A stretch of DNA of 64,000 bases from Chiloscyllium plagiosum. Taxonomy: Eukaryota. This document shows, one piece after another, positions 1 through 12,412 of the stretch. Position 1 is the stretch's first letter. Each line of letters opens with the position of its first letter. The stretch spans positions 8,180,661-8,244,660 of the forward strand of contig NC_057741.1 in the NCBI RefSeq assembly GCF_004010195.1, written 5' to 3'. Position numbers and translations under genes: made by a program. Below the pieces are notes generated by a model. The model searched no databases. It worked only from the letters and a program-made list of their open reading frames with translations, and was not told the origin of the DNA.

Positions 1-119
1 GGGCTTTTGCCCGAAACGTCGATTTTGCCTGTCCTCGGATGCTGCCTGAATTGCTGTGCTCTTCCAGCACCACTGATCCAGAATCTGGTTTCCAGCATCT
101 GCAGTCATTGTTTTTACCT
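1..119 (+). mobile_element. Penelope-like element 3' terminal fragment (truncated by window edge)
   Basis: gggcttttgcccgaaacgtcgat...tttttacct; near-identical copy at 2171-2299. Confidence 0.75.
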
Positions 120-470
120 TGTACCACAGAGCACCACTTACTTAGGCTGATGTCTTTCAGGAGGTATTGAGACAACATCTGTCAGTTTTAGTTTTTTGAG
201 AATGCTGTCTTGTCTCATCAGGATGTGTGATATTATAACCATCAGTGTGTGAGGTTAACAACATTGACATCTTACTCAGCTTCTCATATTTGTATTTTGT
301 TTGGTTGACTCTCAAACTTGCTGATGTGGTTGCACTGGTACACTGTTAACACTTTCCTTGTTGCAGTGTTAAGATAATGCATTGCTGTGTAAGTTAGCTG
401 TGTTTTGCTATTGGGTCAGGCTTGGCGGTTGGAGACAGATTTTCTGTGCACATGTATTCTTGATGCCACA
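120..470 (-). pseudogene. EVE fragment, spike S2 N-terminal-like
   Basis: About 105 codons with 2 stops (WHQEYMCTENL...). HQEY at 454-465 follows LIPT (2055-2066) across the PLE, with a frameshift. Compare spike S2 IPTNFTIGHHEEF. Confidence 0.45.
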
Positions 471-473
471 TAA

Positions 474-2047
474 TGTGGAGGTGCAGGGGTTGGTCTGGGG
501 TGGCCAAAATTAAAAACCACAAACACCAGGTTATCATCCAACAGGTTTATTTGGAAGTACTAGCTTTTGGAGCGCTGCTCCTTCATCAGGTGGCTGTGGA
601 GTAGGATCATAAGCCACAGAATTTATAGCAAAATAGCATGCAACTGATACAATATATTGATCAAACCTAAATTGCTGTTAAGTCTTTTATGTTTTAGAAT
701 AGATTGCAGGTTTTGGTTCATTAATATGAAAATCCTAGAACTTCTTTCAAGTCACATTTTCAAGATAACTTAAGGTTTTATAAAAAAAGGTGACATCTCA
801 TCTCAGACAATGCATTAAAGGTGTGAGGTTAGAGTCTGTCTGTATTGACTGGTTCTATTTCCAAAGTAGGAATTTATAAAATGTTACATGGATTGACTGC
901 CTACATTGACTGCCTGCAGGCTGTGTGCTTTTAAAACAAAATAGAATGTATCTGCAAGTACAATTCTGCAAATGCGAAATCACCCCATAGACATATATAT
1001 GTGTGTGTGTGTGCATGAATGTGAGGGGGAGAGAGAGAGACTGAGAGAAAAAATGTGTATGTTCATATGCGTGTGTTTGTGTGTGAGTGTGTGCATGTGA
1101 GTATGAGTGCATGTGAGGGTATGTGATTGCATGTGTGCATACCTAGTAAAGTGTGTGCATGAGTGTGATGGAGTATAAGCTTATGAGAGTGTGTGTGTGT
1201 GTAAAGTGTAGTGGGATCATCTGTAGCGTGACATGAACTCAAGGTCCTGGGTGAGACCATCCTGATGGGTACCGAACTTAGCTATCAGCCTCTGCTCGGC
1301 CACTCTGTGTTGTTTCGACATGGGATTCATGGTACACATGCTGTCTCTCAGAAACACACACACATACACCCCCCACACTCACACCCATGCACACTCCCTC
1401 TCACAGGGTTATACTCCATCACACTCAATTGACCAAGCACGCACAACTGCAAACATGCACTCACACTCACAAGCACACTCCTGTGCACACACACACACAC
1501 ATATACTCTCTTCCTCTCTCTCTCTCTCATGCATGCAGATACTCATATAAGTCTATGGGGTGAATTTGCATTTACAGAATTATATTTACAGATATGTTCT
1601 ATTTTGCTCAAAAAGCACACAATCAGCAGGCAGTCAACACAGGCAGTCAATCCATGTAACATTTTATAAATTCCTACTTTGGAAATAGAACCAGTCTGAT
1701 TCAAGATTGGAATACAGACAGACTTTAATGCACTGTCTGATTTGAGATATCACCTTTTTTTATAAAACCTTAAATTATCCTGAGAATGTGACATGAAAGA
1801 ATTCTGGGATTTACTTATTAATGAACCAAAACATAAAACCTATTCTGAAAGATGAAGGACTTTACAGGTCTTGATCTAGGTTTGCTCAATATATCATTTC
1901 AGTTGCATGACACTATGATATTTTGCTATAAATTCTGTGTCTTATACTCCTGCTCCACAGCTACCTGACGAAGGAGCAGCTCTACGAAAGCTAGTACTTC
2001 CAAATAAATTGTTGGACTATAACCTAGTATTGTGTGATTTTTAACAA
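474..2047. mobile_element. Inverted pair of Penelope-like 3' ends (GIY-YIG C-terminus plus CA/GT-rich UTR and hammerhead-like core)
   Basis: The minus arm ~474-1315 encodes QHRVAEQRLIAKFGTHQDGLTQDLEFMSRYR*. The plus arm ~1316-2047 is its diverged reverse complement, with CTGACGA...GAAAGCTA at 1965-1993. Confidence 0.8.
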
Positions 2048-2165
2048 CATACATTGTAGGTATTAAGGAAGATCTGACAGTTTTTGGGTAACTGCATTTG
2101 CTGCAGATTTTGTTGGTTTGTTGCACTTTCCTAACCATAGCAATAGTGCTGACTGCACCTAAGGC
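2048..2165 (-). pseudogene. EVE fragment, spike-like
   Basis: Open frame GAVSTIAMVRKVQQTNKICSKCSYPKTVRSSLIPTMYV. Confidence 0.4.
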
Positions 2166-2170
2166 TTTAT

Positions 2171-2299
2171 TCCTGACGAAGGACTTTTGCCCGAAATGTC
2201 GATTTTACTGCTCCTCGGATGCTGCCTGAACTGCTGTGCTCTTCCAGCACCACTAATCCAGAATCTGGTTTCCAGCATCTGCAGTCATTGTTTTTACCT
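2171..2299 (+). mobile_element. Penelope-like terminal fragment with hammerhead-like core
   Basis: CTGACGA-stem-GAAATGTC at 2173-2200; same family as 1-119. Confidence 0.75.
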
Positions 2300-2401
2300 G
2301 TTTGAAGATGTGTTCAAAGTGAGGAGTGACCAGATCTCATCAATACTCATTGTCCGCTTATAAGATCAAGTAGAGCGTATGGTCTATATCATGAAATAAG
2401 A

Positions 2402-3473
2402 CCATAAGACCATAAGACATAGGAGCGGAAGTAAGGCCATTCGACCCATCGCGTCCACTCCGCCATTCAATCATGGCTGATGGGCATTTCAACTCCACTT
2501 ACCGCATTCTCCCCGTAGCCCTTAATTCCTTGTGACATCAAGAATTTATCAATCTCTGCCTTGAAAACATTTAGCGTCCCAGCCTCCACTGCANNNNNNN
2601 NNNNNNNNNNNNNNNNNNNNNNNNNNNNNNNNNNNNNNNNNNNNNNNNNNNNNNNNNNNNNNNNNNNNNNNNNNNNNNNNNNNNNNNNNNNNNNNNNNNN
2701 NNNNNNNNNNNNNNNNNNNNNNNNNNNNNNNNNNNNNNNNNNNNNNNNNNNNNNNNNNNNNNNNNNNNNNNNNNNNNNNNNNNNNNNNNNNNNNNNNNNN
2801 NNNNNNNNNNNNNNNNNNNNNNNNNNNNNNNNNNNNNNNNNNNNNNNNNNNNNNNNNNNNNNNNNNNNNNNNNNNNNNNNNNNNNNNNNNNNNNNNNNNN
2901 NNNNNNNNNNNNNNNNNNNNNNNNNNNNNNNNNNNNNNNNNNNNNNNNNNNNNNNNNNNNNNNNNNNNNNNNNNNNNNNNNNNNNNNNNNNNNNNNNNNN
3001 NNNNNNNNNNNNNNNNNNNNNNNNNNNNNNNNNNNNNNNNNNNNNNNNNNNNNNNNNNNNNNNNNNNNNNNNNNNNNNNNNNNNNNNNNNNNNNNNNNNN
3101 NNNNNNNNNNNNNNNNNNNNNNNNNNNNNNNNNNNNNNNNNNNNNNNNNNNNNNNNNNNNNNNNNNNNNNNNNNNNNNNNNNNNNNNNNNNNNNNNNNNN
3201 NNNNNNNNNNNNNNNNNNNNNNNNNNNNNNNNNNNNNNNNNNNNNNNNNNNNNNNNNNNNNNNNNNNNNNNNNNNNNNNNNNNNNNNNNNNNNNNNNNNN
3301 NNNNNNNNNNNCATGGGCCCTCACCTTGCTCAGCAGCCTCCCGTGTGGCACCTTATAAAAGGCCTTTTGGAAGTCTAGGTAGACCACATCCACTGGGTTT
3401 CCCCGGTCTAACCTACTAGTCACCTCTTCAAAGAACTCCAACAGGTTTGTCAGGCATGACGTCCCCTTACTAA
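2402..3473 (-). mobile_element. CR1 LINE 3' part spanning an assembly gap
   Basis: RT motif VDVVYLDFQKAFxKVPH, C-terminal FKAEIDKFL, (cataagac)n tail. Confidence 0.9.
2594..3311. other. Assembly gap (718 N)
   Basis: Run of N. Confidence 1.
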
Positions 3474-3629
3474 ATCATTTAATATTGACCAAGGAAACAA
3501 GATTTTCTCACTACATGACTGCATTTCATGCAGGACAAATGGAGAAGGGATTATCATCCGCAGTGAAATTTATGCTTAGAAGATAAATGCAGATGAGTGA
3601 CCCAGCAACCAATTATCTAAGCATTCTCT

Positions 3630-4935
3630 CCTGCTGTAAGGGAACCAAACTGCACAAAGTACTCCAAATCCAGTCAAACCAAGGTCCTATACAATTGATG
3701 CAAGACTTCAGTATCCTGTGCTCAAACCCTCTTATGACAACTGTTGGCTGAACCTACGTGTTAGCCTTTAGTGACTTAGTGCATAGGATACCATGGTTCC
3801 TTTGTCTATCTATACTTATTAATCTCTTAACATTTTATCTTTTTATTCCTGCTCTCTGTTTTCCACCTGTTAGACAATCTTTATTCATGTTGGTATATTA
3901 TTTCCCATCCTATGTGCTTACATTTTCTTAATTAATGCCCTTTACCTGAAAATCCATGTATTTCCATTGGCACCCCTCTATTAATAACGTTGCAAAATAT
4001 TCCAACAGATTTGTCAAACAAGAATTCCCATTCACAAACACTTGCTGACTTTGTCAAATCATGATTTGGTGGTGCCAGTGTTGGACTGTGGTGGATACAA
4101 TTAAAAATCGCACAATATCAGGTTATAGTCCAATAGATTTATTTGGAAACACTGGCTTTCAACTTATGCCAAATCAGATTATTACAATCCAAATGTCCAT
4201 TTATTTCATTGTTTACCATAAATAAATGGCAAATTAATTACCATGAATTATGGTAAACGGGAAGGCAATAGATTAATGATATTATTGCTGGACTGTGAAC
4301 AAATAATATTCTGGCAATCCAGGTTTGACTCCCGCCATGGCAGGTGGTGCAATTAATTTGAATTCAATAAAAAAAACCTGGGTTTAGAAGTTTAATGATG
4401 ACCCTGGACCTATTGTCGATTGTTTGAAAAACCCATTTGGTTCACTAACGTCCCTTAGGGAAGGCAACTGCCATCCTTACCCGGTCTGACCTATATGTGA
4501 CTCCAGACCCATGACAATGTGGTTGACTCATAAATGCCCTTTGGGCAATTAGAAATGGACAATAAGTGCTGCCTAGCCAGCGATGCCCTCATGAATTTTT
4601 TTTACAAACTAGTAATTTCCTAACTTCTTTTCTAAGACTAATAGGTCTGTTCATTCCCATATTCTCTCTTGTTCCCTTCTTAAATAGTGGGGTGATATTC
4701 GTTACCTTCCAATCTGCAAGAACCATTCCAGAATCAAAAATATTTTGAAAGATGATCAACAATGAATCTAATATTTCCACGGTTATCTTTTCCAATATTC
4801 TGGGATGTCAAGTATTAGATCCTGAGTACTTATTAATCTTCATTCCCTTAAATTCTCCTACCTTCTCACTAATACAAATCTCCTTCAATTCTTCTTTCTT
4901 CTTAGTCCCTCAGATCTCTAATTCTGGGAAATGTC
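3630..4935 (-). mobile_element. Old degraded CR1 fragments interrupted by a PLE end (~4065-4160) and a SINE
   Basis: ORF 4589-4795 reads DSGMVLADWKVTNITPLFKKG (CR1 pre-RT motif). Confidence 0.65.
4255..4600 (+). mobile_element. tRNA-derived SINE; related copies at ~5060-5395 (+), 10905-11248 (-), 22490-22960 (+)
   Basis: B-box-like ggtttgactcc; shared body ggttcactaa..gaagg..gactccaga in the four copies. Confidence 0.65.
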
Positions 4936-5397
4936 TTGTGTTTCTATATCATCTTTAGAACGGTCAAAAGTTAAGCTGTTCCATTAATAACTCCAGGACA
5001 TTGCAATAGTGAACCCATTCAGGAGCTCAAAGGGAAGGAGTTGCTGGCATCCTGGTAACTTCAATGGGCTAGTAGTCCAGATATACAGGCTGATGTCTTT
5101 GGACAATACAGCTCTAAATCCATCATGGAATTTAAATTCAGTTAATGGAACCTGAAATGGAAAGCCAGTTTTAGTAATGGTAGCTGTGAAACCATCATTC
5201 AACATCTTAAGACCTCACTTATTTAATCAGTGTTCTGTCAGGACAGATAACAGCTGTGCATTTCTGGTCTGGCCCACCTGACTCCAGATCCACAGTAATT
5301 TGGTTCATTCTTAACTCCCTCTGAAATGACCAAAGAACCCATTCAGTTCAAGGACAATTGTGAATGGTACTCAAATACATGAAAGAATGAATAAAAA

Positions 5398-5770
5398 TAA
5401 TTTAAACTGAACAATTGCACTGAATCAATTACTTTCTCCAAGAGCCTGGTGCAGATATCAATATTCTGTAGAAAGTAGCTTTTCAACGTGTGATTGTTCT
5501 CGAATCATACTTGCTGTCCAAGTTGAATAACTTACATATTTCATTCTTAAATATATATTTTAACCAATTTACAAAGCCTGAGCTTGGACAGTGTGTCACT
5601 GCAAGTGATCAAAAGGATGTTAGGGGAGACCTCAGTCAAGGCTGATATTGTTGCACACATATCATAGATGAGATGTTGATGATGTCCCTCACGATCATTT
5701 TTATTCCCTGAGACTTGTTTTGATTACCTTTAAGAATATCCAGAATTAGTATTCTCATCATAATCTGAAT
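5398..5770 (-). pseudogene. EVE fragment, spike S1-like
   Basis: Protein-like frame ...LLITCSDTLSKLRLC..., weakly like spike DC.DPLSE.KC; lies in the expected position. Confidence 0.3.
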
Positions 5771-5779
5771 TAATCTTTA

Positions 5780-7010
5780 TTCTTTCATGGGATGTGCCAT
5801 TATTGGTGGGGTCAGCATTTATTCCCCAATCCTTAACTTCACTTGAAAAGGTGACAGTGAGCCACCTTCTTGTGGTGCATCTGATACAAGTACACCAATG
5901 GTGCTGCTCGGAAACAACAATGAATGGTGATATAGTTCCGAGGATGTGATTCGAAAGGGATCTTACGTGTAATAGTTTTCCCCTACATCTGCCATCATTG
6001 TCCTTCTAGATGGGAGACATAATTGGAACAGGTTATTAAAAGGAAATTGGCAGGTTTCTGCAGTGCATCTTGTATATGGTACACACTGTGCATCAATGGT
6101 AGAGGTGGTGTTTGTATGGTAGTGGAATGGGTGTCATCAATTGCTTTGTCCTGAATTATGTTGAGCTTCTTAAACATTGCTGGAGCTGCAATCATTCAGG
6201 CCAAAGGAGAGAATGCTGAATGTATAACGTAAAGATGATGTGCAAGCTTTAGAAAATTAGGATGTTAGTTTACATGTTGTAGAACCTTTTTTGACAGCAG
6301 AATGGTTCAGTTAGGTTTCTGAACCATGATAATCACATGGATGTTGAAGATCGGAGATTCAATGATGGAAATGTCATCGTATGTCAAAGAATTGATTTGG
6401 AGATGTCGGTATTAGACTGGGGTGTACAAAGTTAAAAGTCACACAACACCAGGTTATAGTCTAACAGATTTAATTGGAAGCACACTAGCTTTCGGAGTGT
6501 CGCTCCTTCATCAGGTGATAGTGACTACCACCTGATGAAGGAGCGTTGCTCCGAAAGCTAGTGTGCTTCCAATTAAACCTGTTGGACTATAACCTGGTGT
6601 TGTGTGATTTTTAACTATGTCAAAGAAAGATGATTGGATTCTCTCTTGTTGGAGAAGACTATTGTCTGATACTTGTGTGGTGTAAGTGGTAATTGTCACT
6701 TACCAGCCCAAGCCTGAATGTTGTCCAGGTCTTGCTGCATCTAGGCATGGACTGCTTCAGCATCTGAGAAGTTGCAAATGGGAATGAACATTTTGCAATC
6801 CGCAGTGAAGATTTTCATTTCTGACCTTACAATGGAGGAAAGGTCATTGATAAAGCTGCCAGAAATGTTTGGACCGAGAACACAAAAAATGAGGTATTCG
6901 AACAGTAATGCCCTATGGATGAGGTCGCTGACCTTCCACCAACCACATCCTTTGTGCTTGATATTACTCCAAATACTGGAGAGTTTTCTCACTAAGTCTC
7001 AGAACTTATG
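5780..7010 (-). mobile_element. Old L2/CR1-group LINE 3' part
   Basis: ORF 6741-6992 reads VLGPNISGSFINDLSSIVRSEMKIFTAD (degenerate RT motifs); same family at 28.6-30.1, 30.6-31.8, 33.0-33.6 and 43.9-46.3 kb. Confidence 0.7.
6392..6615. mobile_element. Palindromic PLE-derived mini-element (family B) with two hammerhead-like cores
   Basis: Arms ~6430-6522 and 6524-6616 are inverted; CTGATGA-GGAGC/GCTCC-GAAAGCTA at 6532-6560; TSD tatgtcaaagaa at 6380-6391 and 6616-6627. Confidence 0.85.
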
Positions 7011-7470
7011 GACCTGGTTCTCACCTACAATCTAAATTCAATTAAATCAATTACTTTTTTGACTTTGGGTCACATTCTATGTATGTTGCAGACACAATTA
7101 TACACCATATGGTTTGAACGCAATTGTATTTAATCTAATAGTGGATGAATGGAAATTGAGATGTTTAGGATGAATTATGAACATAGAGCAAAGGCAGCAT
7201 TCAAATATAATGACACTCATTAAGTTTCTGCTGGATACAATCAGCTGGAGGAGGAGAAAGAGGAACATACGTTTCTCTGTTGTCAAAAAAAAATGCAATT
7301 TTACTGACTGGGGCTGAGGAGAGGACAAATTAATGCACTGTGCTTAGGTCATGAATTCAATATAGTGTAAAGTTTAATGACACCAGATCAAGAAAAATGA
7401 GGATATTTTCAGCTTTAAATAGGTTCTGCAGTTTCATTCCAGGTATCCTTTCACTTTTTCTTGGTAAGTA
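7010..7470 (-). pseudogene. EVE fragment: ORF1b end and spike-like start codon with signal peptide
   Basis: ...MKLQNLFKAENILIF...* followed by ATG at 7268, MFLFLLLQLIVSS. Confidence 0.5.
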
Positions 7471-7474
7471 TTCT

Positions 7475-8345
7475 GACCCCACTCAACCTTTGGCAGGACC
7501 GAACTTTCCATTTCTATGTTCTGCATCACATCCCTATTTATCAATCTGTAATTGACACTCACTCTAGTGCATCTGTCCTATAGTGGCATTCACCAAATGT
7601 ACTGCATTCGTCCGACATATACCTTACCTTCACTCAGTTATAGGTCGTTCCGCTGTTCATAGGAGAAGGGAGTGCACAACAATAGGGAGAGAAATAGAGA
7701 TGACCTATCACAAGAAGTACTGTTCACAATGGATGGTGGACTGGAGATAAGCTTCTGTGACCATCTCAGCTGGACAAGAGAGAGAGAGAGAGAAAAAAAA
7801 ACTCACAAACAGCTGGTACAAGTATAGTGATTTCATGTTGTCAATTCATGAGAAGACCAGCTATGGTAATGACATGGATTCTGACTTGGCCATGACTCAA
7901 TAATGTTCCTTTCTTCTGTCTTCTTGGGCTTTCATGAGTAAAGAAGGTGTGGCAACCATGAGGATGATTGGTCAGAGGAGCTCATTCATCTGAGGACTCA
8001 TCGCGCCAGTGCACTCTGGTAATTCCAGATTGGTTTTTACCTGGTAATTCACATTTCATAAATGAGCATGGATACTGATGAGAGGGACAGTTCTGGAGGA
8101 TCAGGGAATGCAGGTCTCTCTGGATTCCACTTAACTGGGCAGAGATGATAAACTCTGGGTTGCCTTCCATTGGGTAGATAGCATTAGGGATATCTCAGAA
8201 TATTCTACTAGCTATTAAAAGACATATCACATGCACTTGCATAATAACAGAGAGATCAAAGAAATTGAGTCCAACTGTTGGTGCACAGTAATACAGGGAA
8301 TTGTGAGAGTGTCTGACTTGGAGGGAGGCTAACTTCATAGAGATT
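7475..8345 (+). mobile_element. Degenerate Harbinger-like DNA transposon remnant
   Basis: EKGVHNNRE at ~7662-7690 resembles the motif that follows the Harbinger Myb/SANT domain; interrupts the EVE frame. Confidence 0.35.
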
Positions 8346-9750
8346 CGACACGGTTCCCCTGTTTGACATGTAAGCTATGAATGTGACTGTGCAAAGCATT
8401 GATGCTAACTTGTCTGTCACATTATATGGAAGCAATTTTGTTATTTGTTATACAATGGAAATATTTCAGTTTTGTAGTTGGTGATGATGACGTTGTTGGT
8501 GGAAATGACTCAGAGTAACAAGAAAGTCTGACAGCGTGGTTAAGAAGGCCAAATTGAGTGCACATTTAAAATAATGATAAATGGTTAAAGCGTCCTTGTT
8601 AAATGAAATATCTATTGATGTTAATTCATCCACCTCACGCAGACTGCCCCACACTTCTCCCAGACACAAATATATTTTTGAAAAAATCAATAGCAACATA
8701 CATGGGAAAAACCCAAAGGATGTTCAATTTCACTGTAATTACTTTTAGCTGTTTTATTTTGTTTAAAAGGGGGCACTGACAGTGAAACCTTTTTTTAAAT
8801 ACTGGAGTAGTGTTATTTATCAATGGAGCTTTATGAGGACATAATAAATTTGTGTGCAGCTGGAGCAAGCAATCAATGTACAATTCACCCCATTGAAAAT
8901 ACAACGAGAGGGCCAATACTTAATTCTAGTTTCTTTCATCCTAATTATTTTGGTTTAAGATAAATGATCGGTTTTAGGCACACTATTTGCCATTTCAAGC
9001 ACTCCTTTTTATAAAAATGACATTTTACCAGGAATGTTTCAAATCCCAGCAGGGGGAGAAGGGTTTTCCTCTCACTAGGGTAACACCATGTTGCTGATAT
9101 TCAGCAATATATTGTGAATGAATGGACTGATAAACCTGAAACCAATGTATACTAAAGAGAACAACAGATGTTTCAAAGACAGTCACTTTTAACTGACAGC
9201 TCATTGCCCCAGGATAGTCAAAGGTCAGCAGAGCCTTGCCATAACTTTCCCTTTGACATAAAGACAAACACATGAGCATATCGATGTGAATGAGGTCCTT
9301 TAGTCTCCTTGGCTCAAATCTGATACATGACTCAACTTTATTATCATGCGGCTCTTTGTAAGATAACATTTATTGAAAGCAACAAATGTCTAGAAATGTA
9401 TCTGTTCGTGTAAAATGACCAAGATAAATAAATAAAAAATGGAATCCAAAGTCAGAAGCATTAGCCTCAAACAGAAGGTGTAATGATAAATTGTGCAAAG
9501 GGATTAGAAAGCACTTGCATGCTGGATAATAGCCCCATTTACAATGCAGCTGTCAAATTCAGCTAATACCCAGAGCTCACATGCATCTTAGCAATGAATT
9601 AAAGAATCATAAACAATTAGTTAGACGTTTATGTTGAAACAGGACTGGAGATAATGTTATAAGTGGAACAAGGTGGACTTAACTGTTTGTTCAACACTAC
9701 TGTACAAAGACCTGTCTCAGTAGCAATTGCAGAATATCACATAATGCGAT
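8345..9750 (-). pseudogene. EVE fragment: nsp15 (NendoU)-like and nsp16 (2'-O-MTase)-like
   Basis: FEPR 9307-9318; HGVTLVRGKPFSPCW ~9046-9090; LHTNLLCPHK 8830-8859; YLCLG 8658-8672 followed by RSV; AVRLSCYSESF 8503-8535. Confidence 0.65.
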
Positions 9751-9751
9751 T

Positions 9752-10143
9752 ATCTTTATATTTGTATGTCTCCTTTCACAACATCAGCATATACTAAAGC
9801 ACTTCACAGCTAAAACAAATTGCTGCTGTAAGGCAGCACCCAAGCTGTGCATGTCAAAATCTCAGAAACAGCGATATGACAATGAGCAAATGATCTCTTT
9901 CATTGTTCTTGACTGAGATAATTATCAACCAGGATACTAGACAGAACCTACCTGGGGTTTTGCAGCAACCCCAGAAAGCAGGTGAGGCTTCGGTTTTAAG
10001 AAGTTCATCTGAAAGATCGCCTCACCGACAGTGCAGCATTCTGTCAGTCGGGGAGTGTCAGGCTACCACTCGGGTTTTTAGAGTGGGACTTGAATCCATA
10101 ACCTCCTGACTCACAGGTCAGTGTACAATCCCTGACCTATGAT
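9752..10143 (-). mobile_element. DeuSINE (SacSINE1/AmnSINE-like)
   Basis: Reverse complement has tRNA-like B box, tgctgcactgtcgg...ctttcagatga Deu core and gaaagg...tataaa tail. Confidence 0.65.
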
Positions 10144-10144
10144 T

Positions 10145-10578
10145 GCAGTGGATTTTGAAACCAAAAGTCAATGTCATCCTAGAAATTGAATGGCTACCAG
10201 TTTTCAAGTCAACTTTTTAAACTCTATAATTTGGAATATAATCCATAGAGTTGGAATGAAGAATCTCCTCTCTCCAGACATATTTCCATGAGGACGTTGT
10301 AAAATGACAAATTGTTCTTGATTAGTTTTATTACCAGATTACATACCACGATGGCAGAGAGTTGCTTGTTTAAACAATCATTCGAGTGGGGGTTTGCCTT
10401 GAGATTCTGGAAGTATTGACGTGGTCTTTCAGGTCTGCTGGTATAGCAGCTCAGCCTTGTGCTGAATAATCACAGACACGAAAGGTTTTGAACTGTATGT
10501 ATTGAATGTGTCATAAACTCTACAAATTTGATGACAGTTTGTTGTTGAGACAGTACTTGTTGAGCAAATGGTAATCAT
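10145..10578 (-). pseudogene. EVE fragment: nsp14 C-terminal N7-MTase-like
   Basis: ICRVYDT 10507-10527, YFQNLKANP 10389-10415, VVCNL 10335-10349, FGFKI 10151-10165, in the order of coronavirus VCRFDT / FVNLKQLP / TRCNL / AGF. Confidence 0.6.
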
Positions 10579-10644
10579 ACATGAACATGGCACCTTCAAT
10601 GTTATGAAACAGCCCAAGGTGCTTCACTGGAATATTATAAAACA

Positions 10645-12412
10645 TCAGTCAGAATTATTCCCATTCAGGGATAAATGTTCTGTCCAGTGAGATTCACGGT
10701 GCCAAGTCCATCATGGTTCAGAACAGTTTTTCTCATGCAATCTCTCACTTTTCACCTCAATATTTATGCAAGTGGCCTCTTTGGCACCAGGACAGGCAGA
10801 AGCACTCATCACTGATAGTATCTTGTAGCTTTATGCCACTGGCACCATAGTTATGGTGCCTATGCTATCTCAGACTCTTCAGGCTAGGTACTGGCCCTGA
10901 CATTTTTCTCATTCATAAGATGTGGGTATCGCTGGCTGTTCCAGCACTTATTGCCCATACCTAATTACTCAGAGGACAGTTCAGAGTTAACCACATGGCT
11001 TTGGGTCTGGAGTCACATGTAAGCCATACCAGGTCAGGATGGCCAATTTCCTTCCCTGAAGGACACTCATGAATCAGATGGATTTTTCTGACAATTGGCA
11101 ATGGTCATCGTTCGGTTTTCAATTCTAGATTTTTATTGAATTCAATTTTCACCATCTGCCACGGTGGGATTTAAATCCAGGTCCTGAGAACATTACTTTG
11201 GGTTCTTGATTAATTGTCTAGCAATAATACCACTGGACCATCACCTACTTTGTAATGTCGTGTTAGTGTCACAGATGACATGGCCCAAAAAGACATTAGG
11301 GCTGGGGAAGTGTTAGTGGACGGGATAGTGGGGATGTGAGCTGTCACTTTTCAAGTGGACAGATGCATGAAGCCATGGCAGCAGACACAATCAACCTGGA
11401 CACTGATAACAGTCAGGATCAGTGATATGCTCTGGGCTAAAAGGTACGCACTGGTATAAGTAGATGTTGATCTGGGCTCCAAAGGGATAAGAGACACCAT
11501 CTTCTCTTTGTTTCCTCATGCTCACAGACCCACTGCTCATCTACATTTGCCACTGCACACATATCTCATCAAGGCTCATGGTCTACAACACTCAGTATTG
11601 AAAGCCTCATGTTCAGTCAGGACTTGCATCAACCTTATCCTCCTAAATGATGAATCTTTCCTGCTCTGTGTGCTTCCTACTCATTCACAGGAACATTTTA
11701 CCTATCCTGCTCCTGCATTATCATTAGTTGATCTTCCTTCACTTCCATAAGACTGAATCCCTATCCTTGCCTCATTTCAGCACAAATTGGCCAAGAGGTA
11801 AGATTAAATTCCCTACAGTGTGGAAATAAGCCCTTCGGCCCAACAAGTCCACCACCGACCCTCCGAAGAGTAACCCACCCAGACCCACTTCCCTCCAACC
11901 AATGCACCTAACACTTCAGGCAATTTACTATGGCCAATTCACCTGACCTGCACATCTTTGGACTACGGGAGGAAACCGGAGCACCAGGAGGAAATCCACG
12001 CAGACACGGGGAGAGAGTGCAAACTCCACACTGACAGTTACCCTAGGCTGGAATCAAACCTGGGACCCTGGTGCTGTGAGGCAGCAGTGCTAACCACTGA
12101 GCCACTGTGCCACCCCAAAGACTGGTAGGTGGGACAGGGGTGAGGGAAGGATGGTGAACTTCAGGTTTATCTCTCCTTTCAAGGGACAGAGCAGGACTGC
12201 TCATGTGGAGATGAGACTTTAATGATAAACTAACCCAAAAAGATTCATTGTGCTCTCTTGCACTACTCTTCCATTCCCACCAATGTTAACTCATTTTTAA
12301 TCAAGCTCTTATCCCTCTTGCAGAACAAATTCCTGCTGTTCACTTATGCAGACATGAACAGTAACTAGTGAATCTCTGCTGAGAATAGGCCAGTATTGGA
12401 GATTCTCAACTC
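10645..12412 (+). mobile_element. Harbinger-like element remnant with Myb/SANT trace; contains two SINEs
   Basis: Inverted subterminal gagattcac/gtgaatctc; ~11280-11460 reads EVLVDGIVGM*AVTFQVDRCMKPWQQTQSTWTLITVRISD. Confidence 0.5.
11800..12114 (-). mobile_element. HE1-type V-SINE
   Basis: A box tggctcagtgg, B box ggtttgattcc, V-domain gtgtggagtttgcac, CR1-like tail. Confidence 0.9.

Noticed and set aside
2467-3441. Long ORFs of 247-324 aa in the track
   Set aside because: Artefacts of translating through the N gap within a CR1.
9031-9334. Enhancer-like cluster (CTCF-like 9046-9059, DR1 9215-9227, AP-1 9328-9334)
   Set aside because: Short motifs are expected by chance and the region is explained as nsp15-like sequence; there is no functional evidence.
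10230-10420. nsp7-like reading of KQLSAIVVCNLV
   Set aside because: Neighbouring motifs (CR.YDT, FQNLK.NP, GF) and the position just before the nsp15-like sequence fit the nsp14 C-terminus better.
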